A stretch of DNA of 64,000 bases, taken from Pirellulales bacterium. Its GTDB lineage: Bacteria > Planctomycetota > Planctomycetia > Pirellulales > JAICIG01. The notes beneath the pieces are model-generated. The model did no database searches, was not told where the DNA came from, and saw only the letters and a list, made by a program, of their open reading frames with translations. The position numbers were made by a program, and so were the translations under genes. Each line of letters starts with the position of its first letter. Position 1 is the stretch's first letter. The DNA is taken from the NCBI GenBank assembly GCA_040901675.1, contig JBBDYJ010000006.1, positions 61,288 to 125,287 of the forward strand. The letters run 5' to 3'. Of this stretch, positions 10,019 through 18,370 are shown piece by piece.

Positions 10019-10999
10019 CTAGGGCTGGCCGCCGGCGGGTGGCTGCTCGGGGGTGGGCGGCGTCGCGGGGGATGGGTTGGGCCGGTCGCGGCGGCGGCGG
10101 ATGACGGCCTCCAGCGCGCGCTCGATCTCGTTGAAGTCGGCCAGCCCGTCTCCGTCGGCATCCAGACGCTCGAAGCCGCGCTGGAGGAACATCGGCAGCT
10201 CGTCGCGCTTGAGCTTGCCGTCGCCATCCGTATCGGCCCGGCGCAGCCGCTGGAGGAGCCGACTGGGGTTGATGGTGCCGGCGGCCGGGGGGGGCGGCGC
10301 GCCAAGCAGCTCGCGCGGTCCCACCAGGCCGTCGCCGTTGCGGTCGAGCTTTTTCAGCTTTTCGACGGCCCCTTCGATTTCTTCCGCCGAGAGCCGGCCG
10401 TCGGCGTCGGAATCGAGCGAGGCAAAGACGAGCAGCGCGAACCGGGCGTCGCCCATCGGCATCGGTTGGGCAGGGTCCGGACTGCCAATCAATCTTTGGA
10501 CGAGACCTCGGGCGGTCTTGAACTCGCTGATGCTGAGGGCCTGGTCGCCGTCGGTGTCGGCCCTGCGGAGCAGGCGGGAGAACCGCTCGCGATGAGGCTG
10601 GGGCACTTCGTCCTCGGTCAAGCGGCCGTCGCCGTTGACGTCCATTTTCCGGAACAGCGCCTCGATATCCTGGGGGCGGAGCCGCGGCCGCTGTTCGGAT
10701 GCGGCCGGCGGCACGGGCTCGCCATCGTTTGGCTCGTCGTTCAAGCCGGCGGCGAACTCGCCCAGGTCGAGCTTGCCGTCGGCATTCTTGTCAGCGTTGC
10801 GGAGCAGCCGCTGGAACAATCGGCGATGCTCCTCGCCGGCTTCTTCCGGCGTCAGCAGGCCGTCGCGGTTGGCGTCGATGGCTTCGAACGCCTGCCGGGC
10901 GGCATCGGGCGCCGCCGGCGCAGGTTCGTCGGCCTGGATCGCCCCGGGCGCCAAAAGAACAACGAGCGATGCTATCAATCGGGTCGATCGGGCTGGCAT
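10019..10999 (-). CDS. Secreted multi-EF-hand protein
   Basis: Signal peptide and about eight DxN/DxDGxL loops. Confidence 0.88.
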   Translation of the reverse strand: MPARSTRLIASLVVLLAPGAIQADEPAPAAPDAARQAFEAIDANRDGLLTPEEAGEEHRRLFQRLLRNADKNADGKLDLGEFAAGLNDEPNDGEPVPPAASEQRPRLRPQDIEALFRKMDVNGDGRLTEDEVPQPHRERFSRLLRRADTDGDQALSISEFKTARGLVQRLIGSPDPAQPMPMGDARFALLVFASLDSDADGRLSAEEIEGAVEKLKKLDRNGDGLVGPRELLGAPPPPAAGTINPSRLLQRLRRADTDGDGKLKRDELPMFLQRGFERLDADGDGLADFNEIERALEAVIRRRRDRPNPSPATPPTPEQPPAGGQP

Positions 11000-11295
11000 G
11001 GACTGGTCCCTCCCAAATTGGTCGTGGCACCCAGCAGCCATGATAGCAGACCGTGAGCCAGGCGACCTTGCCCATTCTGTCGGGCGGCCCTATAATCCGC
11101 CCCCGGTTTCTGCCGGTGGTAGCGAACCTGTGGAGAGCATCCGCCGTAGGAAGTCGGCTGGTTGAGCGAACGCCACAGCGCTGCCACAGCGCGACCGGGC
11201 GTTGCCTCCGGTCAGCAGGGCACGATGCCTTTTCACCGCGAGGGCCGTCGCCACGGCGGTGGCTGCTAGCAACACCGTGGCCGGCAAAGTTGTCG

Positions 11296-11346
11296 TAGCT
11301 GTCGGGACAGTCTTAGCTGTCGGGACAGGCTTAGCTGTCGGGACAG
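11296..11346. repeat. 18-bp x3 tandem repeat (TAGCTGTCGGGACAG-NCT)
   Basis: Units start at 11296, 11314 and 11332. Confidence 0.88.
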
Positions 11347-11382
11347 GGGTTGGCGGCACAAGGCTCTGCTATCTGGAATGGT

Positions 11383-11411
11383 TCAAAGAGCGGCGCCGCC
11401 TTGGTCGATGG
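11383..11411 (+). promoter_or_regulatory. Possible sigma-28 promoter upstream of flgM
   Basis: TCAAAG-N15-GTCGATGG resembles TAAA-N15-GCCGATAA; weak match, about 260 bp upstream. Confidence 0.25.
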
Positions 11412-11669
11412 AATACCAATGGAGAGCTATTGGGGTGTCCGCGAAGTCAATGCAGACTGACACGGAACGCGGCGCCGGTAGAGAGCAACGTATACTGACT
11501 TTGAACGCGGAGTGCCGGTCGGAGCGTGTCAGCTCAACGAGGTTCAGTCGGCCACGATCCAATCCCTACAAGGCCTTTTCGGGCCTGGCCGCGGGAACAA
11601 CCGAGCTGAAGCCGCCCATCCACTCACGGTTCGCATCATTCGGCTGACATCCAGCCGGTGGAGAAGAGC

Positions 11670-11942
11670 ATGCAAGTCTACGGCCCCACGTATGTCCATG
11701 GCCCCCAGTCGATCAGTGCACCGCACCAGGCGCGGCCGCAGGCAGCCGCCCAGGCGGCGCCGGCCGGCGGCGACCGGTTGGAGATTTCGGAGGCGGGAAG
11801 GCTGATGGATCTCCTCAGCCAGACCCCGGAGATCCGCCACGACCGGGTTGCGGCTCTTCGGGCCGCCATTGCCGAAGGGAAGTACGAGACCGAGGCGCGT
11901 CTCGACCTGGCCGTGAGCCGCCTGCTCGACGAGATTGGCTGA
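11670..11942 (+). CDS. flgM: Flagellar anti-sigma-28 factor FlgM
   Basis: DRLEISE...EIRHDRVAALRAAIAEGKY matches the FlgM C-terminal pattern. Confidence 0.85.
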   Translation: MQVYGPTYVHGPQSISAPHQARPQAAAQAAPAGGDRLEISEAGRLMDLLSQTPEIRHDRVAALRAAIAEGKYETEARLDLAVSRLLDEIG

Positions 11943-11947
11943 CAAAC

Positions 11948-12006
11948 GGCCGGTTGAGACCCAAGGGGGGCCGGTTGAAACCAAGGCGGCCGGTTGAAAC
12001 CAAGGC
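11948..12006. repeat. 19-21-bp x3 tandem repeat (GGCCGGTTGAAACCAAGGC)
   Basis: Units at 11948, 11969 and 11988, between flgM and the Fur-family gene. Confidence 0.85.
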
Positions 12007-12069
12007 CGCAGGGCGCTAGAATCGCAGGTAGCACTTCGATTCTGCTCCCTTATTCCGGGCCGGCGTTCC

Positions 12070-12567
12070 ATGGCGCACGACTTTTCCCTCGGTTCCGTCG
12101 AGGTGGCGTTATCGCCGCTGGAGCGTTTCGAGGAGTTCGTGCAGAGCCGCGGAAAGCGGCGCAGCCCGCGAAAGCGGCTGATCGTCGAGCAGGTCTTCAG
12201 CCGGCATGATCACTTCGACGCCGACGAGCTGCTGGCGAATCTGCGGAAAAACGGCGACCGCAAGATCAGCCGGGCCACCGTCTACCGGACCTTGGGCGAC
12301 CTGGTCGAGGCCGGCTTGCTGCGGCAAATGGACCTCAAGGGCCGCAAGGTTTACGAGCACGATTACGGCTATCCACAGCACGACCACTTGCACTGCCAGA
12401 AGTGCGATAAACTGATCGAATTCAGCAGCGACGAGCTGCGCGAGCTGTGCGAAGCGGTGGGCCGCGAGCACCAGTTCCGCGTGCTCGCGCACCGGCTGAT
12501 CATCACGGGCGTTTGTGCCGAGTGCAGCCGGCCGAAGCGGCGAACGCGGCCGCTGGACATGATCTGA
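12070..12567 (+). CDS. Fur-family transcriptional regulator
   Basis: HFDADEL, ISRATVYRTL, HDHLHCQKC, C-terminal CAEC. Confidence 0.92.
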   Translation: MAHDFSLGSVEVALSPLERFEEFVQSRGKRRSPRKRLIVEQVFSRHDHFDADELLANLRKNGDRKISRATVYRTLGDLVEAGLLRQMDLKGRKVYEHDYGYPQHDHLHCQKCDKLIEFSSDELRELCEAVGREHQFRVLAHRLIITGVCAECSRPKRRTRPLDMI

Positions 12568-12578
12568 AGCGTTCTACG

Positions 12579-14018
12579 TCAGACCCTCACGTCGGCCTCG
12601 CCGGCCAGTTGGGAGGCATGGCGGGCCCGGATCGGCGCCACCACCTGGTGAAGGAACTCGTCGACCTGGTCGGGCGCCCGGCCGACGTAGTTCTCCGGCG
12701 CCAAGGTGGCGGCCAGGTCGATGCCGGCAAAGGCGGGATCGTCCGCCAGCCGCCGCAAGAGGTCGTTGGGGCCGCCCGATTGCTTCATCAAGTCGGCGGC
12801 GGCCAGGCTGTGGCGGCGAATCCGCTCGTGCAGCTCTTGCCGGTCGCCACCCTTGGCCACGGCGGCCATCAGGATGTTCTCGGTCGCCAGGAAGGGAAGT
12901 TCCGCGTCCAGCCGCTGGGCCATGACGCGCGGATAAACGACCAGGCCCGAAGCGATGCTCTGGTAGAGGAGCAGGACGGCGTCAACCGCCAGAAAGGCCT
13001 GCGGCAGGGTCAAGCGCCGGTTGGAGCTGTCGTCCAGCGTCCGCTCGAGCCATTGGCCGGCCAGCGTGTGAGCGGCGCTCGACTCGAGGCTGATCGCGAA
13101 GCGGGCCAGGCCGCAGATGCGTTCGGCCCTCATGGGGTTGCGCTTGTAGGCCATGGCCGACGAGCCGACCTGCTGCTGTTCGAAGGGCTCCTCGACTTCC
13201 TTCATGTGCTGGAGCAGCCGCAAATCGACGGCCGCCTTGTGAGCGCTTTGGGCGATGCCCGACAGCGTGGCGAGGACCTGCGAATCGACCTTGCGGGAGT
13301 AGGTCTGGCCGGTGACGGGGTAGCTGGTTGTAAAACCCATCTTGCGGCTGACCATCTGGTCCAGCCGGCGAACTTTTTCGTGGTCGCCGCCGAACAGCGC
13401 GAGGAAACTGGCCTGGGTGCCGGTGGTGCCCTTCACGCCGCGGGCTTTCAGCCTGTCCAGGCGGCTGTTGAGCTCCTCCAGGTCCTCGACCAGATCGTAG
13501 GCCCACAAGCAGATCCGCTTGCCCAAGGTAGTGGGTTGCGCGGGCTGCAGGTGGGTGAACGCGAGGCAAGGCAGGCCGCGGTGCCGCTCGGCAAGCCCGG
13601 CCAGACGATCGATGACGCGGACCAGCCGGACGCGGACGAGTTCGAGTGCCTCGCGCACCATCAGCAGGTCGGCGTTGTCGGTGACGTAACAACTGGTGGC
13701 GCCCCAGTGAATGATGGCACGAGCACTCGGGCAGGCATCCGCGTAGGCGTGCACGTGGGCCATGACGTCGTGCCGCAGCCGGCGCTCGTACTGCTCGGCG
13801 ACCGCCAGATCGGCGTCGTCCACGTGGGCCTTGAGCTCGGCAATTTGTTCGGCCGTGATCGGCAGGCCCAGCTCGGCCTGCGATTCGGCCAGAAGCACCC
13901 AGAGCCATCTCCAGGTCCGCGCCTTGCGCTGGGGGCTGAACAGCCGGCTCATTTCGGCCGAGGCATAGCGGGCGATCAAGGGATTTTCGTACTGGTACTG
14001 CTCGCGGTCTATGCTCAT
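12579..14018 (-). CDS. purB: Adenylosuccinate lyase
   Basis: [33 protein letters not shown] signature. Confidence 0.96.
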   Translation of the reverse strand: MSIDREQYQYENPLIARYASAEMSRLFSPQRKARTWRWLWVLLAESQAELGLPITAEQIAELKAHVDDADLAVAEQYERRLRHDVMAHVHAYADACPSARAIIHWGATSCYVTDNADLLMVREALELVRVRLVRVIDRLAGLAERHRGLPCLAFTHLQPAQPTTLGKRICLWAYDLVEDLEELNSRLDRLKARGVKGTTGTQASFLALFGGDHEKVRRLDQMVSRKMGFTTSYPVTGQTYSRKVDSQVLATLSGIAQSAHKAAVDLRLLQHMKEVEEPFEQQQVGSSAMAYKRNPMRAERICGLARFAISLESSAAHTLAGQWLERTLDDSSNRRLTLPQAFLAVDAVLLLYQSIASGLVVYPRVMAQRLDAELPFLATENILMAAVAKGGDRQELHERIRRHSLAAADLMKQSGGPNDLLRRLADDPAFAGIDLAATLAPENYVGRAPDQVDEFLHQVVAPIRARHASQLAGEADVRV

Positions 14019-14147
14019 CGTGTCGGCCGTGCAGGGGTCGAAAAGCCTATTCTAACCTTGCTGGGAAGCCGGCGGCAGGTGGTCCGGCACATGGAAAGCA
14101 GCGGAATTCAATGGACGGGCACCCACGTTGGCGGCTACCATGCACCT

Positions 14148-14495
14148 ATGAAGCTTCAGAACGTCGTTGGCACGATGGTTTGCTCGGCATGCCTGGTGGC
14201 GGCGATGGCCACGAGCGCCCAGGCGGTCGGTCCGACGAGGGGCGGGCTCTTCACCCGGCACCCGCGCGTGATCCGATACGACCCGGTCAAGGATGAGTTC
14301 GTACACCAGAGGAGCCTGATCACGAGCCTGCCGCGAGAGCGGCCCGGGGGTACAGAAGCGTATTACGGCAATCGGCTCGAGAAGTTCCGTTACGTTGGGC
14401 GGCCGGGGACGGGAGGCATCTACGATGCCCTGGACGAACATCAACGCCACAGCCAGCTCGATCCGGCCAACTACCAGTACCGCTGGCGCTGGTGA
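14148..14495 (+). CDS. Small secreted hypothetical protein
   Basis: 115 aa from ATG 14148 with signal peptide ending AQA; fills the gap between purB and the HD gene. Confidence 0.6.
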   Translation: MKLQNVVGTMVCSACLVAAMATSAQAVGPTRGGLFTRHPRVIRYDPVKDEFVHQRSLITSLPRERPGGTEAYYGNRLEKFRYVGRPGTGGIYDALDEHQRHSQLDPANYQYRWRW

Positions 14496-14531
14496 AATTG
14501 CCTTGGACCGGCCGCGGCCGGCTCGACGGCG

Positions 14532-15929
14532 TCACATGTTGGTCAGGTCATCGGCGCCCTCGCCGCCGACGAGCGCGTCCAGCGCGGCGGCCAGCGGGCC
14601 ATCGTGTTGGTTGCTCTCGGCATATACCCGGCAGATGCGATAGCTGAGTGGAATCTGGCGGTACAGTTCGCTGTCGGATAGCTCGCGGATCTCTCCGCGG
14701 CCGGGGTCGAAGAGGAAGTTCTGGCCCGCCGTCGCCCCGCGGGTGCCCGGCCGGTGCACGTGGCGGGCCAGGTCGACCCGCAAAGGCAGGTCCCGCAGTG
14801 GGCGCGGCAGCCGGTCGCGCAGCGCCTGCTCGAAAAACGCCACCTTGCTGAAGATGCTGCTCGATTCGGCCGCGGCCGGATTAAAGAACAGCGTCCGCTC
14901 GGCTGCCATCTTCCAGCGCAGCTTGCGGCCCAGGAACTGCCTCCAGCGCAGGCCCAGCTCGCGCTGCACCGCGTCGCCGCTTTCGGCCCAGCGGGCCACG
15001 TCGACCAGCAGCGACCACTCGGTGAACCGCCGATAGGCTTCCAGGTGCTCCAGCGGGTTGCCGGGGAACAGGTACGGCTTGCTCTCGGCGAACAAGTCGG
15101 CCAGCGTCAGATCGATCGAGCGCACGGTCCGATGGAAATAGAGCGACCGGAACAGCTCGGCTCGCACGCCGATGAACCGCACCAAGGCCGCCAGGCCTCG
15201 CGCGTGGATCGTCAGCCCCGACTCGCTGAAGAAGCTGTAGTGCAAGAGGCGCTCCAGGTCGAAGGCCCGCGTGTTGAAGCCCGACATGTAAGCGTCGCGG
15301 AGCACGAAGTCCATGTTGTCGACCGTGTACAGCCCGCTGAACAGGCTCCGCAGATGCGCAAGCCAGCGCGGCGCCTCGGCCGGGGCCTCGCTTCGCGGCC
15401 GCGTGATCAATAGCGCGATGTGGGCCGGATCGAGCTGCTCGCCTGGTTCTAGTTGGCTGTTGGGATTTCGGCGGATGCCGCGGATCAAGTCGCCCAACTC
15501 CTGTTCGATGACCGTGCTGCCGAGCGTTTCGTGCGTGAGGCCGTAGTCGGCCAGCAGGTGTTCGTCCAGGAAATGGCCGAACGGGCCATGCCCTACGTCG
15601 TGCAACAGGCCGGCCAGCCGCATCAGCGATTCGACATAGCCCCGGCTGGGGACGTCGGGACAGACCTCGGCCAGGCTGGGGTAGAGGGTCTCGACGGCGC
15701 GGCTGGCCAGGTGCATTACGCCCAGGACGTGCTGGAAGCGGGTGTGCTCGGCGGTAGGGAAGACCCACCAGGCAGTCTGCAATTGATGGATCTGCCGCAG
15801 CCGCTGCACCCAGGGGTGGTCGATGATCTGGCGTTCGGAGACCTCCGCGTCGCTCGACCCGCCCGAGGTAAAGGCGATGTATCCGTGGATGGCGTCGTGG
15901 CTGAGCCCTTCGAGTTGGAAGTCTCGCAT
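14532..15929 (-). CDS. HD-domain phosphohydrolase (dNTP triphosphohydrolase-like)
   Basis: QRLRQIHQL, HTRFQHVLG, LLHDVGHGPFGH, VDNMDFVLRD, YFHRT. Confidence 0.88.
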   Translation of the reverse strand: MRDFQLEGLSHDAIHGYIAFTSGGSSDAEVSERQIIDHPWVQRLRQIHQLQTAWWVFPTAEHTRFQHVLGVMHLASRAVETLYPSLAEVCPDVPSRGYVESLMRLAGLLHDVGHGPFGHFLDEHLLADYGLTHETLGSTVIEQELGDLIRGIRRNPNSQLEPGEQLDPAHIALLITRPRSEAPAEAPRWLAHLRSLFSGLYTVDNMDFVLRDAYMSGFNTRAFDLERLLHYSFFSESGLTIHARGLAALVRFIGVRAELFRSLYFHRTVRSIDLTLADLFAESKPYLFPGNPLEHLEAYRRFTEWSLLVDVARWAESGDAVQRELGLRWRQFLGRKLRWKMAAERTLFFNPAAAESSSIFSKVAFFEQALRDRLPRPLRDLPLRVDLARHVHRPGTRGATAGQNFLFDPGRGEIRELSDSELYRQIPLSYRICRVYAESNQHDGPLAAALDALVGGEGADDLTNM

Positions 15930-16043
15930 GGTACAGGATTATCGCCGCCGGCCGCGGGGCGGTCCAGCGGGGGGTGGGGATGAAGGAAGGGGGGGGCAGG
16001 GGTGAAGGGGGGAACGAAGACGCGCAAGCGGGAGTGTTGCGCC

Positions 16044-16077
16044 GGGTGGCTGGCGGCAAAGCGTCAGCGTGCCCCAG
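16044..16077 (+). repeat. REP-like palindrome family A (CTGGGGCA-AAGCGTCAGCG-TGCCCCAG)
   Basis: Other copies at 18303-18335, 28098-28131 (reverse) and 54486-54518 (reverse). Confidence 0.8.
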
Positions 16078-16282
16078 TCGTCCGTCTTTGCTCCGATGCC
16101 TCCGTCTGGCTTCTGCTCCGGCGACCGATAAGCGGGCCCTTATGATTGGACAAGTTGAGGGGGCGGGTGAAACCAGGCGGCTTTGTTCAAGTACCGGCCT
16201 AGCGTAGAATTCGTTGCTTGGCTACACTTCCGCCCGTTTTTGCCTAACCGTCCCAGGCTTCCCGGTGCGAAGGAGACGTAAC

Positions 16283-18217
16283 GTGTTGCATCACCCGATG
16301 CGGATACTGCTGGCGGCAGTTTCGATTGGAACCATGGGGAGCCTTCTGGTTGGGCCTGACTGCGTGGCATGGGGGGCGCCCGCGGCGGAACAATTGCTGC
16401 CGGGCACAACGGCCGGCTACGTTTCGGTGCCCAACGTTCCGAAGCTGATCGAGAGCTGGAAGAAGACGCAGCTCGGTCAGCTTCTCGACGATCCGGTGAT
16501 GAAGCCATTCGGCGACGACCTGCGCCGGCAGATCCGCGACAAATGGTCGCAGTCAAGGTCGCGCTTGGGGCTGTCGCTCGAGGATGTCGAAGGACTGGCA
16601 AGCGGCGAGCTGAGCATGGCGGTGATTCACAAGCCAGAGGGCCGCGCCGCCGTGGCCCTGCTGATCGACGTGACGGGCAATGAACAGCAAGCGGCCGAAC
16701 AAGTGGAGAAAGTAGCCGATGGACTCTTGAAGCGCGGCTTCAGGCGCAGGGGGCAGGAGATCGGCGGGATCCAGGTGACGGTGTTTGAACAGGCCGCCGA
16801 CGCCGAGCGCAACTACGTCCGCCGCGCCGTGTATTTCATCAAGGACGGGCTGCTAGTGGCGTCGGACGACGTGGATATCGTCAGTGGAATCCTGAAGCGG
16901 TGGACGGGCGAGCCGGCAGAAAGCCTTTCGACCCAAGCACCTTACCAGGCGGTCATCGAGCGCTGCAAGCGAGGCGCGGAAGGCCTCGAGCCGCACGTTC
17001 GATGGTTCGTCCATCCGATGGGGCTGGCCGAGTCGGTGCGCAGTTGGCAGGACGATCGCCAGCGAGGCGGCGTCAAGTACCTGGAAGGATTGGAGAACCA
17101 GGGCTTCGGAGCCATCCAAGGCGTGGGCGGCTTTTTGAATTTTGCCGAGCGGCGCTACGGCGTCCTGCACCGGACCTACGTGTTCGCACCGAAGCCCTAT
17201 GAATTGGCGATGCGGATACTGGAGTTTCCCAGCGGCGCTGATCTTGCCCCCGAGCCCTGGGCCTCACGCGACCTGGCCACGTACACGACCTTCCACTGGG
17301 ATATCCAGAACGCGTTTGAGCACGTGGGCTCGTTATTCGATGAGATCGTGTTCGGCAAGAAAGGTGTGTGGGAAGACACGCTTGAAAGCATCAAGAACGA
17401 CCTGTTCAACCCGATCGATATACGGGAGGAACTGATCGCGCACTTGGGGCAGCGCGTGACGATCGTCACGGATTACAAGCTGCCCATTACGCCGACCAGT
17501 CAGCGCCGCCTGGTGGCGATCAAGGCTTCCAACGCCGACTCGCTGGCCAAAGCGATCGAAAAATCGATGGCTGAAGACCCGCGGGTTAAGAGGCGCAGTT
17601 TCGAAAAGCACGTCATCTGGGAAATCATCCCCGAGGAACTGGTCGTCCTCGACGTGGATATTGAAGGCCCCGGCCTGCGCGAGGATCTGGTAGTCGACGA
17701 CGCCGAGGAGCAGGCCGTCGGCGTCGCTCTGCCAAACTCGGCGGTCACGGTCGCCGATGGCTACCTGCTGGTGTCGTCCCACGTCGACCTGCTCGAGAAG
17801 ATCCTTCAAGACGTGGCGCCGCGCGAACGGCTGGAGCGCGACGTGGACTACCGCCTGGTGCAGGCCGAACTGGCGAAGCTGGGCAGCGGGCCCCGCTGCG
17901 CCGAGGGTTTTGCCCGCACCGACGAGCAGTATCGGGCCACCTACGAGATGTTCCGCCTGGGCAGGTTGCCCGAAATGGACACGGTCTTCGCACAGTTGCT
18001 CAATGCCGTGCTGGGCGAAGACAAGGAGGGGGTGATCCGCAAGCCGCAGCTCGACGCCAGCAAGCTGCCCGAATACGAAGTGGTCCGCCGCTACCTCGGG
18101 CCCGCCGGCAGCTTTGTGGCCAGCGAGGAACAGGGCTGGTTCATCGTCGGCTGCACGCTCAGCAAGGAGATACCGCTGGCCAACGAGCCGAAACGCGCCG
18201 AGACGACGAATCGCTGA
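16283..18217 (+). CDS. Large secreted hypothetical protein (DUF3352-like)
   Basis: AGGAG RBS before GTG 16283, signal peptide, LLP...YVSV...W..TQLGQL N-terminus. Confidence 0.7.
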   Translation: MLHHPMRILLAAVSIGTMGSLLVGPDCVAWGAPAAEQLLPGTTAGYVSVPNVPKLIESWKKTQLGQLLDDPVMKPFGDDLRRQIRDKWSQSRSRLGLSLEDVEGLASGELSMAVIHKPEGRAAVALLIDVTGNEQQAAEQVEKVADGLLKRGFRRRGQEIGGIQVTVFEQAADAERNYVRRAVYFIKDGLLVASDDVDIVSGILKRWTGEPAESLSTQAPYQAVIERCKRGAEGLEPHVRWFVHPMGLAESVRSWQDDRQRGGVKYLEGLENQGFGAIQGVGGFLNFAERRYGVLHRTYVFAPKPYELAMRILEFPSGADLAPEPWASRDLATYTTFHWDIQNAFEHVGSLFDEIVFGKKGVWEDTLESIKNDLFNPIDIREELIAHLGQRVTIVTDYKLPITPTSQRRLVAIKASNADSLAKAIEKSMAEDPRVKRRSFEKHVIWEIIPEELVVLDVDIEGPGLREDLVVDDAEEQAVGVALPNSAVTVADGYLLVSSHVDLLEKILQDVAPRERLERDVDYRLVQAELAKLGSGPRCAEGFARTDEQYRATYEMFRLGRLPEMDTVFAQLLNAVLGEDKEGVIRKPQLDASKLPEYEVVRRYLGPAGSFVASEEQGWFIVGCTLSKEIPLANEPKRAETTNR

Positions 18218-18225
18218 CTGGAGTA

Positions 18226-18286
18226 GTGGTTAGTGGTTAGTGGTTGGTGGTCAGTGGTCATTTGTCATTGGTCATTCGTCATTGGA
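18226..18286. repeat. Heptamer tandem repeats (GTGGTYA then GTCATTN)
   Basis: About nine 7-bp units directly after a stop codon. Confidence 0.85.
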
Positions 18287-18370
18287 CAAGACGGGGCACG
18301 CCGGGTGCCTGGGGCAAAGCGTCAGCGTGCCCCAGACTTCGTCCCCCCGTGTCTCCTTGTTCTTCCGGGG

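Noticed and set aside
14532..15929. HD protein as an anti-phage dNTPase
   Set aside because: Host-like composition and housekeeping context near purB; nothing marks it as a defence gene.
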